A DNA stretch of 64,000 nt from Saccostrea echinata (lineage: Eukaryota): positions 1 through 64,000 of the forward strand of contig NW_026889760.1 of assembly GCF_033153115.1 (NCBI RefSeq). Direction: 5' to 3'. The position numbers and the translations under genes were made by a program. Below the pieces are notes generated by a model. The model made no database searches, was not told the DNA's origin, and was given only the letters and a program-made list of their open reading frames with translations. Of the stretch, positions 12,534 through 27,883 are shown piece by piece; positions within the stretch are counted from its first letter, which is position 1; the number at the start of each line of letters is the position of its first letter.

Positions 12534-14676
12534 AATTTTTTTGTCCTGTTTTCTACAACTGATGTGAACGACGTTATCGACGATAAGGAAATGAATGAAA
12601 TCACCTCCGCCGATGGCCTTATTTGAGTGGCGGCGAGCGCGGACCTCCGTGAAAACTCCCCAATTGTCGAGAGCGTAGAGGATTGAACTCGTCAAACTTT
12701 GTGTTTCAATACCTGTTATTTTTCCGATTTTGTCCTCCCAATTTTACTTAATTTTCTCAAATATGTCACTGTGCGTTTTCTTGAAATAATTTCCTACATA
12801 ACTGTTTTTGTTTAAGGTTCTTAATCTGTCATTTTAAAGGAGGAATTGTCTGTTGATTCTGAAAATGCGCTGTTCCCTGGAGCCCAGAAGCGACTAATTT
12901 TGATTAAAACACGAAAACAAGAGGAATAGAACACGAGTAAGGGATTGAAGTACTTACTACATTGCTATGTGATAAAACATACATGTACATTTCTTTCAAT
13001 TGTCTTCTATGTTACTTAAAATCCGAATGAAAATGCAAACATTCGGCACAAACACGCGCACAATGGATAGTGATGTGTGCCTTGCATTTCATATGAAATG
13101 GAGAGAGAGAGAAAAAAAAACAATCAAACAAAAGGGTCATATGAAGGGAAATCACGGAATCTCACAAATTGTTGAATGTTCAAATATATATCTAATATAC
13201 TTTCTAGATCAGTGGATGTTCACCCCCTTAAAGGGACAACATATAATTTCTTTTCGAATATTTAAATACATGACACCTACTTTATAATTATAACACCGAG
13301 GACACCGGAAAGATCCAGACCGTACGTAACGTACCACATTCGGTGGTACAACGTCTGAATTTCTCAGTATAATTATATCATAAGAATATACATAACTGAC
13401 ATCCTTGTAAATTACATGAAAAAAAAAAATCACATAAAAAGGGCGTGTATTTAATAATTGTAGAACACTCACTTAATTAGTAGTTATACATAAGAGAGAG
13501 ACAGAGAGAGACGAACAAGGCGAATAATGGGAGTAGCTTATTCATTGATATTAATTTGTTTCTTGTAATTTACACACACAAATAATTGAGTACATGTAAA
13601 TAAACAGAATGTGGTCAAAAGCCAATGTATTTAAAATCTATATCTTTCAAGTTGAACAAGACAACCAGTATATAATACAAGACAATACAATACATTGATA
13701 GAAGCATCAAATTGGTTGCACACTTTCCACGTGCAGATCATGATTCCCTGCATCTATATGTCACGTGACGATGCAGATGTGCTGCACGGCGCAGTGATGG
13801 ACATCGCAATAAATGTAAAGTGTTGAAAAAAATGTCGTTTAGTCATTCGCATCGGTAGTCTATTCGAAAGAAAATTTACTACCAGTTTTTAATTGTGTTA
13901 GTACTGTAAGTATCCGGAAACTGGCATCGAGTTGCTTTTATTCACTCTTATTATGGGAAGCACACTTTTTTGAATAAGAACATTCAAGACATAATATAAA
14001 CCACATCTTCTTATTCTTATGAGATTCTTATATTCATAACTTTTATCTATTTTTATCAATTAGGAATTTTGTCTAAATAATCATCATATAAAACAATAGC
14101 GAGGGGGAAAAAAAAAGAAACATTAAGGATTTAACTGGAGTTACAGATCTTTTGAATATGTTAATAAAATAATGATCATATTTAAAAATATTTGTATCAA
14201 AGGAAAAAAATTGAAAGTTAGATCGCCATGTTAGATGATTTTCGCAGTTTCTAGTCTTAATTGGTCAATGAAATGGGTTTTTTTTTTTCTTATCTCTTTG
14301 TTGAGTGAGCATTCAAGTAATACGTGAGAATTCAACATTTGTACGCAGGCCTATAAGGTTTGGATTCAACTGCCTATAACGAGAAAGAAAAAAACGTACA
14401 TATACGAATATACATGCGAGTCAATTTTAAAATTTATTGCTTTTGTTATTAACTTAATACATTTATTTATCATTAAATATATAACACTTTCTTTGATGTT
14501 TGATCTCTGTTCTGTGTTGAAAATTATTGAATTCGTGTGTTTCTATTATTTTCTAGCTATAATAATTGTTTACGTTTCAACTCGTTTGTAATGTAGGTAT
14601 CTTTTCGAAAAGCTTATGTGGCCGTGAAAACGGCCGTTTGGTTTTGTGCTGCACACAACACAACTATAGGATCTTT

Positions 14677-15063
<387 letters not shown>

Positions 15064-15309
15064 TTATGTTCTTTCGTGTACAGTCAACGAATAATCCAGC
15101 GACGCCCGCACGCACCAATTTAAACAGCCAAGCGGATCCAACGGTGCAGCCAATTAACGCGTCGCTCTGTTGTGCCTTTAGGTGAAATCCGAACAAGTAA
15201 TGTTTTCTCGGAGGTCCGTAACAAGCTTCTCCTCCTACTCGCATATAAATAGTAAATTTTACCATTTTACTTTATTCATCTCTTCAGTTTGACCTGTCAA
15301 CTTGAGATC

Positions 15310-15681
15310 ATGCCACCCAAAGTCGGATCCAAAGGCGCCAAGAAAGCAGTCACCAAGGCCAAGACACCGAGGAGCACAGACAAGAAAAGGAGGAAGAGGA
15401 GGAGGGAATCTTATGCCATTTACATCTACAAAGTCCTAAAGCAGGTGCACCCTGACACTGGTGTTTCCAGCAAGGCCATGAGCATAATGAACTCCTTCGT
15501 CAACGATATCTTTGAGAGAATCGCTGCCGAAGCCTCTCGTTTGGCCCACTACAACAAGCGATCTACAATCACAAGCAGAGAGGTCCAGACTGCTGTCCGT
15601 CTCCTTCTGCCCGGTGAACTGGCCAAGCACGCCGTATCTGAGGGCACCAAAGCCGTCACCAAGTACACCAGCAGCAAATAA
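15310..15681 (+). CDS. H2B: Histone H2B (unit 2)
   Basis: Same protein as 7068-7439. Confidence 0.99.
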   Translation: MPPKVGSKGAKKAVTKAKTPRSTDKKRRKRRRESYAIYIYKVLKQVHPDTGVSSKAMSIMNSFVNDIFERIAAEASRLAHYNKRSTITSREVQTAVRLLLPGELAKHAVSEGTKAVTKYTSSK

Positions 15682-16745
15682 TCTCATTTTGCAAGTACAC
15701 ACACCAAACGGCCCTTTTAAGGGCCAACTAATTTTTAAGAAAAGATACCTTCATATTACATGCGTTATTGAGACACAAATAATATGTGTGAGTGTTACAA
15801 TGTGAATGCATGTGCTCGTAAAAGTGGCAAACGTATAAAAATCCCACATTGTTTACAACTGATTATAATAACAGAAGTAGGATAAATAAAGAAATACAAG
15901 TAGGTATTATTATATGTATGAGAGCCAAATTTTATTCACAAATAACTTGAATGTACAACCAAGCATATATCTAAAATAACTGTATCTTCAAATATAAATA
16001 AAATACAAGCATGCGAGGTCCATCTGATGTACACAAAATCCTGGTTCATTTGTCCTCTGTATACTGAATTAATTATCAGCGTACATTATATAATTGATAA
16101 TAAAGTATCTCAATTCAGCTAATATCAATGAAACAGATAAATAAATTCAAGACCCCCCCCCCTCCCCTTTCTTTGACATTGACATATTGGAATTTTCAAT
16201 CAGTAATTATACATCAATAAAAGTGCAATGACCAAAATGCGATAATTATACATTGACAATTAATTGTCTAACATTAGTCATAATTGTTAAACAAGAAAAA
16301 AAAAGCATGTCACTCAGCGCCAGTTGGTACCTGTCATTGTCGGTAGATCGATCCCTCAAAATAATACTCAAGACAGCAGCATTATTATTTTAATATATGA
16401 TTATAATAATAAAAAAAATTAAATAATATATACTGTTTGTGTGTGTTTATTCAATATTTCTTGTCCAAACCTAAATTCAATACATATTTGTTGCTCTGTA
16501 TATAGTTTTGAGGAAATATTACGACATAAAGGGTCTTACTCTGTTATTGTTGTGTATTTATTTTACCACTTACAACCATTCTGTATTCAACTTTGTACAG
16601 TGAATATCTGTATAACAAGTACTCAGTAAGTAAATGTCTGTCTTAACGATGTTTAAGAGGCATCTTTTCGAAAAATTTGGGTGGCCGTGATAACGGCCGT
16701 TTGTGTTTGTTTTAAACTTCTGTCTTGACTGTCAAACTGAATTCT

Positions 16746-17066
<321 letters not shown>

Positions 17067-18440
17067 TCAGCCAGTAGTACTGTTCTGATGAACTGATCAT
17101 GCGTAATTGCCTAATTTATAGTCCAAATTGAGGACCCGTGAGAGCGCACGATGCTTTGAAAAGTTCGGAACGTTACCAAAGCGGTATTGTGACAAGCTTT
17201 ACGATTGGTCAGCTTGGCATGATGGGAATGTTTACATTTCTTGCCCCACGGGAATTTTAACCACATTTAATTAATTTTGATTCTTTAATTTCTTCACATA
17301 TAGGCAAGTTTAGGTTCAATTTATTCACCTAAACCAAAATATTGGTACGTGGAGGTACATATATACATTTTATACAAACTGATATACAAAAAAAAAAAAA
17401 AAACATGACAGAAAATGAATAAAAATGATAAAGAGAGAGAGGGGAATTATATCAAGCAGGACAGACAGCATCATAATTTTTTAGGATAAACATACACAAT
17501 TTTTTGTTTTGTTGTTGTTATTTTTTTATTTCAGTATTTTTTGCTTTGAGTTTAACAAAATAAATACCGTTGTTGCCGAATGATAATAAAAACGTGTGTG
17601 GGTGGGTGGGTGGGGATTAAGTTATTCAAAGGAAAGGGGTGTGACAGATAACACCGAAATAATACAAAATGTAGAAGCTGAATGAAACTTTTGATTCTCA
17701 TTCATTTATGATATCTAGTTATAGATGTGATAATTTATTTGATTTCCTCTTTTCTCAGTTAATTTTCAAAGGCAACTTTAAGCAGTGACCAAACCGGCTT
17801 TATAAATGAGCCTTTTTCATTTTATTACACGCCACGTTAGAATGAATATCGTTATATTTGACGTTGTTTAGAAATCAATAAAAATCATACTTTGAATATA
17901 AATGAAATACGGAATTGCAGTTCTGAAATGCATGTACTCGCATATGTGCATAGCTGTAGAACTAATGAGATAAAGTTGTAATACTGTTATTATTTTTTGC
18001 TTCGACACATTCCATCATTTTCTATTTAAATAATTGTGCTATTTTCTAATTTATTTCGCAAAATTCTTGAATGTATTCTAGAGGGGCAGGTTGATGGACT
18101 TGTACAAAATATAGTTTCAAGATGTGTAGACAACTTCTACAACTTGATGATGACAATAATACTATGAAATTGTCTAGCATTGTGCTATGTAATTATATAT
18201 ATGTAAGGCACAGATATATTCACTGAAGGATGTACTGTGTCTCAACATTTTTTTTTTTTTTTTTTTTTTTCAATTTGGGGGCATTGTACGCCGAATTTGA
18301 CAAAATTTATTAATTTCGGCCAAATAATTCAACATTATTTTCAGAGATGTTTCAACGTCTGAACAGAAGGCATCTTTTCGAAGAATGTAGGTGGCCGTGA
18401 AAACGGCCGTTTGCTTTAGGACTTGAAATACAGCTTAAAA

Positions 18441-18860
<420 letters not shown>

Positions 18861-19586
18861 TCAGATTATTCAAACTCGAATGAATGAAGTGGCAGTGTTG
18901 CACCGTGAACTTATATATCTTTGTAAGCTCAAGTTGAAAATCGCTGCGGTCTACCAGTCGGCTTAGTCGATTGGCTGGTGCCCGCAGTAACACTCGCTAC
19001 GATTAGTCAGGTGAACGAGATGACCATTGGCTACGTCTGTAGGTAGTTTCAATCCACAGAATTGCCCCAAAAGAAAAAGAAAATCAAGTCGGTTTTTGAC
19101 ACATGATTTCACTGCAGATACATATAGTCAAATATTTTTTTTAAAAATATATATATGGTGAATAATGGGGATGAATGTAACGTCAATTGAATAGAAAATA
19201 GAATTATTTATTATATATATACATATATTTTCAATTCGTTATTGAAGCAAAATGCATTTTCGAAAAATATATATTATATATTTCTTGTCATTATTTCCTC
19301 CTACCATTATCTGAACAAGCCCAGTAATATTACTAAGTATCATGATACTTGCAGATAATCAGAATGGTGCATATAGGATGAACAGGAATTACCCTGTTGC
19401 AAAAACAAGAACAAAACAAATAATACAAATAAATGAATAATTAATTAAATGAATGAATAATTAAATAAATGAATGAATGAATGAATGAATAAATGAAAAG
19501 AATAAATAAATGAAAAGAATAAGAATGTATGTATCTGTCTTTCAAAAGGTACGCATGAACTTTTATTCCATTCGTTCCACATTTGA

Positions 19587-19861
19587 NNNNNNNNNNNNNN
19601 NNNNNNNNNNNNNNNNNNNNNNNNNNNNNNNNNNNNNNNNNNNNNNNNNNNNNNNNNNNNNNNNNNNNNNNNNNNNNNNNNNNNNNNNNNNNNNNNNNNN
19701 NNNNNNNNNNNNNNNNNNNNNNNNNNNNNNNNNNNNNNNNNNNNNNNNNNNNNNNNNNNNNNNNNNNNNNNNNNNNNNNNNNNNNNNNNNNNNNNNNNNN
19801 NNNNNNNNNNNNNNNNNNNNNNNNNNNNNNNNNNNNNNNNNNNNNNNNNNNNNNNNNNNNN
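19587..19861. other. 275-nt N block (unit 3)
   Basis: Run of N, same length and flanks. Confidence 0.99.
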
Positions 19862-20187
19862 TAACACTAATAATAATGGCCATATAGTTAGCGTAGGCGT
19901 TGTGATGTGGAAAAAGTAAAATTTTATTTACTTGAGGGAGGGTATGTAAACAAATTAAAAACTGACTTTTGTTTCTTCTTCTTCTCAGAAACAGCATGTT
20001 AATATTATCATGACTTTGCAATTTGCTTCCAGTCGAAGACAAATAAACTATGTGTAATAGGTAAGTGTACTTCTTGTTTATTCATTTTGTGTTTCCATTA
20101 GTACATGTATGTAATAGAGGCATCTTTTCTAAAAATGTTGGTAGCCCTGAAAAGGGCTTTTGTAATTGGTTTAAGACAATTGGCAGT

Positions 20188-20775
20188 CTACGCCTTGGTG
20201 GCTTTCTTTGGGGTTTTTGACTTCTTGGCTGTGGCTTTCTTGGGCGCTTTGGTTTTCGTAGGCTTTGGAGCTGCCTTGGCTTTCTTGGGAGACTTAGTAG
20301 CTGCTTTCTTCTTGGGAGACTTGGCCTTCTTGGGTGCTGCAGGTTTCTTAACAGCCTTTTTCTTTTCTGTTGGCTTTTTCTCCCCGGTTGTCTTCTTGGG
20401 TTTGGTCGTTTTCTTGGGCTTGGCAGCCTTAGGTTTGGTGACTTTTTTGGTCTTGGGTTTCTTCTCCGTCTTGGGCTTCTCTCCCAGCTTGAAGGAACCA
20501 CTGGCACCTGTACCCTTGGCCTGTTTGAGAACTCCCTTCTTGACTCCGTTCTTGAGGGCCATCTTCAGATGGGTGTTGACACTAGAGGCGTCATTACCGA
20601 CTTTGTAGTTGCCCATGATGTACTTGAGAATAGCTTGTCTCGAGGAACCTCCGCGCTCCTTCAGGGCAGCCACAGCAGCGCTGATCATCTCGATGTACTT
20701 GGGATGGGCGGGGACCGTCTTGGGTTTGGAAACCTTCTTCTTGGCGGGGGATTTTGCTGGTGCGGCGTCTGCCAT
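20188..20775 (-). CDS. H1: Histone H1 (unit 3)
   Basis: Same protein. Confidence 0.97.
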   Translation of the reverse strand: MADAAPAKSPAKKKVSKPKTVPAHPKYIEMISAAVAALKERGGSSRQAILKYIMGNYKVGNDASSVNTHLKMALKNGVKKGVLKQAKGTGASGSFKLGEKPKTEKKPKTKKVTKPKAAKPKKTTKPKKTTGEKKPTEKKKAVKKPAAPKKAKSPKKKAATKSPKKAKAAPKPTKTKAPKKATAKKSKTPKKATKA

Positions 20776-22918
20776 AATTTTTTTGTCCTGTTTTCTACAA
20801 CTGATGTGAACGACGTTATCGACGATAAGGAAATGAATGAAATCACCTCCGCCGATGGCCTTATTTGAGTGGCGGCGAGCGCGGACCTCCGTGAAAACTC
20901 CCCAATTGTCGAGAGCGTAGAGGATTGAACTCGTCAAACTTTGTGTTTCAATACCTGTTATTTTTCCGATTTTGTCCTCCCAATTTTACTTAATTTTCTC
21001 AAATATGTCACTGTGCGTTTTCTTGAAATAATTTCCTACATAACTGTTTTTGTTTAAGGTTCTTAATCTGTCATTTTAAAGGAGGAATTGTCTGTTGATT
21101 CTGAAAATGCGCTGTTCCCTGGAGCCCAGAAGCGACTAATTTTGATTAAAACACGAAAACAAGAGGAATAGAACACGAGTAAGGGATTGAAGTACTTACT
21201 ACATTGCTATGTGATAAAACATACATGTACATTTCTTTCAATTGTCTTCTATGTTACTTAAAATCCGAATGAAAATGCAAACATTCGGCACAAACACGCG
21301 CACAATGGATAGTGATGTGTGCCTTGCATTTCATATGAAATGGAGAGAGAGAGAAAAAAAAACAATCAAACAAAAGGGTCATATGAAGGGAAATCACGGA
21401 ATCTCACAAATTGTTGAATGTTCAAATATATATCTAATATACTTTCTAGATCAGTGGATGTTCACCCCCTTAAAGGGACAACATATAATTTCTTTTCGAA
21501 TATTTAAATACATGACACCTACTTTATAATTATAACACCGAGGACACCGGAAAGATCCAGACCGTACGTAACGTACCACATTCGGTGGTACAACGTCTGA
21601 ATTTCTCAGTATAATTATATCATAAGAATATACATAACTGACATCCTTGTAAATTACATGAAAAAAAAAAATCACATAAAAAGGGCGTGTATTTAATAAT
21701 TGTAGAACACTCACTTAATTAGTAGTTATACATAAGAGAGAGACAGAGAGAGACGAACAAGGCGAATAATGGGAGTAGCTTATTCATTGATATTAATTTG
21801 TTTCTTGTAATTTACACACACAAATAATTGAGTACATGTAAATAAACAGAATGTGGTCAAAAGCCAATGTATTTAAAATCTATATCTTTCAAGTTGAACA
21901 AGACAACCAGTATATAATACAAGACAATACAATACATTGATAGAAGCATCAAATTGGTTGCACACTTTCCACGTGCAGATCATGATTCCCTGCATCTATA
22001 TGTCACGTGACGATGCAGATGTGCTGCACGGCGCAGTGATGGACATCGCAATAAATGTAAAGTGTTGAAAAAAATGTCGTTTAGTCATTCGCATCGGTAG
22101 TCTATTCGAAAGAAAATTTACTACCAGTTTTTAATTGTGTTAGTACTGTAAGTATCCGGAAACTGGCATCGAGTTGCTTTTATTCACTCTTATTATGGGA
22201 AGCACACTTTTTTGAATAAGAACATTCAAGACATAATATAAACCACATCTTCTTATTCTTATGAGATTCTTATATTCATAACTTTTATCTATTTTTATCA
22301 ATTAGGAATTTTGTCTAAATAATCATCATATAAAACAATAGCGAGGGGGAAAAAAAAAGAAACATTAAGGATTTAACTGGAGTTACAGATCTTTTGAATA
22401 TGTTAATAAAATAATGATCATATTTAAAAATATTTGTATCAAAGGAAAAAAATTGAAAGTTAGATCGCCATGTTAGATGATTTTCGCAGTTTCTAGTCTT
22501 AATTGGTCAATGAAATGGGTTTTTTTTTTTCTTATCTCTTTGTTGAGTGAGCATTCAAGTAATACGTGAGAATTCAACATTTGTACGCAGGCCTATAAGG
22601 TTTGGATTCAACTGCCTATAACGAGAAAGAAAAAAACGTACATATACGAATATACATGCGAGTCAATTTTAAAATTTATTGCTTTTGTTATTAACTTAAT
22701 ACATTTATTTATCATTAAATATATAACACTTTCTTTGATGTTTGATCTCTGTTCTGTGTTGAAAATTATTGAATTCGTGTGTTTCTATTATTTTCTAGCT
22801 ATAATAATTGTTTACGTTTCAACTCGTTTGTAATGTAGGTATCTTTTCGAAAAGCTTATGTGGCCGTGAAAACGGCCGTTTGGTTTTGTGCTGCACACAA
22901 CACAACTATAGGATCTTT

Positions 22919-23305
<387 letters not shown>

Positions 23306-24873
23306 TTATGTTCTTTCGTGTACAGTCAACGAATAATCCAGCGACGCCCGCACGCACCAATTTAAACAGCCAAGCGGATCCAACGGTGCCTTTGAGGAGA
23401 AATCAAAAGAATAAAACTACGTAAACTTAATACCCCCTTCCCCTCTCCCACAAAAGGCACACATACTAATATTCTCTTTAGAGAAGAGGAAAGGCTTTCA
23501 CCTTCATCCACACCTGTCAGTAACATACTCCAGAAAAATGTTCATGTTTCCAAAATAATCAAAATGAAAGTAAAGGCATGGGGTCTTCCGGTCATACATG
23601 CGTCAAATAATTAAATGCATTTCTTTAAAAAAATATATACAAAAACGGAAAATCGTTTTTAAGGGATTTATTTCTTCCTTCATGCATTAATATATCAAGC
23701 ATCTTTTGTTCAGGCAACGAACTAATAAGTATACTGGTTGTAAATTCGGGAACTATTTTTTACTGAACTACTTTCTTCCCCTACCGATTCTAAAAATAGT
23801 TACAGGGGTTTACCCACATTAGGAGAAACATAAAAGAAAACAGAAAAGACCTAGCAAATAACTTCAATAAGGGGAGGGGCATTAGCAATGAAATGTTATT
23901 CTACGTGAACGATTGGAATTTATTATAGAAACACTATGAAGAATAAGATCATGAGCGGATCTAGAAAGGGGGAGCACCCCTCCCCCCCGATTTTTCCAAG
24001 TTATTTAGATTTAAATAAAGAAAAAAAGAAATGACCCTGGAACCCCCAAGGAAACACGAACTCCTTCCTAGAGTTGCTATAGAAATTAAATTTGAAGTAC
24101 ATGTATATGAAAGTCCACGCAAACCACCCCTTTATTTTTTTTTAAAAAAATATCAATTAGCCCCCCCCCCCCCCCCAAAAAAAAAAAGATAGGAGTCGGA
24201 TTTAATTCTCTCCGCCCTTCTCCCCCTCCCAAATAAAGTAAAAAAAGGTTCATTTTGTAATATTGCTGCAAATGATAAAACGGTTTTAAAGATCAGAATT
24301 ATTATAAGTCAAAAATATTGTTAATTTCATAAATGCATTTTAGAACAAACTGAATATGACAAAGATTTTTCGTAGATTACTCACACATCTAATCTTTGAC
24401 ATTTAACTCAGTCCACTTTCGCACTGACCAAGGATACGAAGTAAGTTGCATGAAGGGGAAATCGATCTCCGTATGACATTAATTTAAAAAACTGAAATTA
24501 GGTAGAGTTAAACATAGCAAATTCAAAGAACACAATCCTAAATTCTAACCATAAAGTTGATAACACGTATGAGTAAATGACATTGATATCGTGAGAGAGG
24601 AAAGAGATGTCAACGATGATAGAAATTGCTACCTTATGCGAAAATGTCCTTTCTAAACAGCAAACTAAACATTAACCTTCAATTACATATGTCAAACAGG
24701 ACCGAAAATTAAAAGGATATATATGTAGGATAGATTGATAATTAATAATTTGTTATTTATAAACCCTCACTATACCATACTATACCATACTATACATAGG
24801 CCTAATATTTAATTTGAGATTTCGGATCGGGATCGAAATTCTTAAAATACAGTTGTAACTTCCTGTAACAAAA

Positions 24874-25018
24874 ATGCCGATAGAAAATTTAGAAGAAGAA
24901 GGTTTAGAGAAAAACCCAAATTTTGAGCATGCCCAGTGGAAATTCCTTTTGGAAACAGACAAATACAAAAATGATGTGGAAATCAAGAAGAAACTTTTGG
25001 CTGCAGTGGAAGAGAACA
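24874..25018 (+). CDS. PSMD6: 26S proteasome non-ATPase regulatory subunit 6 (Rpn7), exon 1
   Basis: MPIENLEEEGLEKNP resembles the human PSMD6 N-terminus; donor A|GTAAGT, phase 1. Confidence 0.95.
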
Positions 25019-25273
25019 GTAAGTTTCCGGGAAAACGAACCATTCACTTCGTTCAAAACTCATGTGTCATTGTTGTACTTCTGACCGTTTCTTCTGTCCA
25101 GGTTTTAAGATAAATATATATATCTATATGAGTTTGATCTAATTTTGTGCATTTGTACAATATTTTGCGTAAGAAATCTATGCCTTAAGCCTTTTCAGTC
25201 TTCTGAAAAACTCCAGTTTGTAGATCTACCAACTGATAATTAATCTTGTGTAATGGTTTGGGCCGTGGATATC

Positions 25274-25348
25274 GGCCTGGAAAGCTCAGTCGGTAGAGCA
25301 CCAGACTAGAGATGCAGGGGGTCCCGAGTTTGATTCCTGGTCCAGCCA
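25274..25348 (+). pseudogene. tRNA-derived repeat / pseudo-tRNA (AGA in the anticodon position)
   Basis: A box AAGCTCAGTCGGTAGAGC, degenerate B box GTTTGATTCC, mismatched stems. Confidence 0.65.
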
Positions 25349-25494
25349 TACATTTTCTTCTTTCGGGTTTTGGATTGGGTTTGACACTGCCGACTCACTT
25401 TACGGACTTGGAAATAAACAATCATAATTACAATCGCCCAGAAAATCACAAATCCTGCGTATTTCAGTATTAAATTTTATAGCAAAAATGTATA

Positions 25495-26345
25495 CTGTAT
25501 AGGGGGTTAATTTCACAGGTTGTAATTTTCACAGTCTTCTCTCCTCTGAAACGATCGTGGTTTGTTGAATTCGCGGAATTTGTATATAATAAAAGTTACC
25601 TCCCTTGTCTATATCCGTTTAATCTATAGCATAGCTAGAGCGGCATAAATCAGCGTTATGTATTCATTTCAGGAACAACAGGGTAGGTTTATATAAAATA
25701 GTTAGATTTAATAATTTCTTGACGATTAATTAAAACAAGTGCAGTTATTAAAAGTCCTTGCTTATAAACGTCGAATTACTTTTCAGTATGCTTTTACGAT
25801 GAGTGCATGTACACCCGAAGATCTTCTTTCCAAAGGGATAATACATCGTGGCGAAAAACCACTGGAATGTGTTAATGTATGCATCGACAAAATAATATCC
25901 TTCTACATCTTCAGCAAGTTCGATAGTTATTTGAATGATTTTTTAAAACCAAAACTATTACGCATAACAATGCAGGTAACAAATACACGGGGTAACATTA
26001 GTTACGCATGGGTAATCAAAACCCATTACCCACGTGTTTGGATTGACGAAACATGTAGCGTTGGCTATTAAAACAGCTTTTTAACAAATGCATGTTATTA
26101 TCTGCTGATTTGAATTAAAGTAAAGCATGATAATTAAAATAATTGAATGACAAGTACTACTCGTAATTACTGAAATGACCATGTACTGCACGTAAAAATA
26201 CCTATGGTACACAGTCTACTCCCAAATTTCCAAATAAAACATGGAGATTATTGAAAACTTATTCACTGTTTCTTGAATTCACGGATTTATTAACACCATG
26301 AATATAGCAAATATTAACACAGCAAGTTATTTTCCCCCTATACAG
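25495..26345. mobile_element. MITE with TA target duplication, TIR CTGTATAGGGGG
   Basis: TA|CTGTATAGGGGG ... CCCCCTATACAG|TA. Confidence 0.8.
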
Positions 26346-26789
26346 TATCAACCTAAGAAACATAATCTGAAATATTTCATTCGATTGATAAAGTATTAAC
26401 ACAGAAAATTGATAATATAGAGCAGTATTAAATTAAAATTTATCTTTTAAATATTGTGAACAAATTATGCCTAAAAAAGGTTCAGTCCAAAAACTATTTC
26501 TACATACGTAGCTATTTATACCTATGCCAGGTAGCTATTTTTACCTGTTTCTTGCTTTATTCGCATTTTGTGGCCAAACCTGGGAATGTGGCAATATGGT
26601 GAGTAATAAAATTTCCTGATACATTACAATGATTATGAAGATGAAAAAATTTCGGCCAAAAAATTATTCTTGCTTATCAATTATGCATCAATAACAACAC
26701 CGAGTTCCATTTTATAGAAGCCAAGGATCAAAGCTAAGTGTTAAGAAGCCTAAAAAGTCTTACAAATCTGTACATGTATTATTTTTACT

Positions 26790-27233
26790 ACTTATGTTCA
26801 TGCATTCTTAGATAAAAGGATTCAGGAAGATTCTTTATGCATTTCGTCTCCATTCTCTAGTCTCGTAAAGTTTACAGTCTTTAAGAATCTTCTCAAGAAC
26901 AGCAAAGACATGATTAGTCTAATTGATATGGAAGTATCTTCAGGTAGTGTAGATTCAAGTTTGTTCAAAACATGATTCCCAGGGGTAGAGTGGGGCCACA
27001 ATGGGGGATCAAAGTTTTACAAAGGAATATATAGGAAAAATAATTAAAAATCTTCTTTTCAAGGACAGCAAAGCAATGATTAGTCATATTAATTCAGAAG
27101 CATCCTCAGATAGTGTAGATTCAAGTTTGTTCAAATTATCCCCCCCCCCCCCACTTTCTATTTAAACTTTTCAATACTGAACTGATTTCTACTCTTTCCA
27201 AGCCAAAGTGCTAAGGTGAGTGATGTGGCCCTT
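26790..27233 (+). mobile_element. Degenerate Helentron-type non-autonomous element (about 166-bp satellite-like units)
   Basis: Units related to 61786-63243; 3' motif AGGTGAGTGATGTGGCCC. Confidence 0.65.
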
Positions 27234-27453
27234 GTTAAAACTTTTCCTCTTGTTTAAAACTTACCAAGTCATTTTTTTTTCAATTTAAAGAAAAGAAATA
27301 TAAATAGTGAAATGAAGTTACCTGTACAGTATGTAATATGTAAAAAAAAAATTCAGCTGACGGAGAAAGAATCTGAGATTTGTTTAAGGCATAGAGAAAC
27401 AAATCTTTATAAAAAATTAATGAGATATAAATGTTACACATTTTCATTGACAG

Positions 27454-27659
27454 ACATGGCTCCATTTTACGAGCAGTTGTGTAAAGATTTGAAATGGAAA
27501 TGTGACGAGACTCTTATGAAGAAAATGAAGGCAGCAAATGAAGCAGAACTCAAGAAAATAGAGGCCTCTATAGAGGACGCCGAGAAAAATCTGGGAGAAA
27601 CTGAAGTCCGAGAATTCATGCTGAAGAAAGCAGAATATTTATGTAAAATTGGAGACAAG
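27454..27659 (+). CDS. PSMD6: PSMD6 exon 2
   Basis: [10 protein letters not shown]...[13 protein letters not shown]...[11 protein letters not shown]; CAG acceptor, GT donor. Confidence 0.96.
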
Positions 27660-27740
27660 GTAAATATCAGTATAGTGCAGGAATTTTTTTTAAAATAATA
27701 AATGTTTTCATATTAAAGGTGTGCATATAATATTTAAGTA

Positions 27741-27883
27741 CAGTGAACCCTTTCTATCTCGAACTCAATGGGATGGAGAAAAAACTGAAAATACTGAAAG
27801 AAAAAGGGCTTGGGACTTTCAAACTACTTCTACATCCATGGTATTCGAGATATCTCTGTGTACGAGTTATCAAAGTTCAACTG
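27741..27883. mobile_element. Short Tc1/mariner-pogo-type MITE
   Basis: TA|CAGTGAAC ... GTTCAACTG|TA. Confidence 0.65.

Noticed and set aside
25274-25348. Functional tRNA-Ser(AGA) gene
   Set aside because: Broken anticodon and T stems, GTTTGA instead of GTTCGA, no long variable arm; treated as a tRNA-derived repeat
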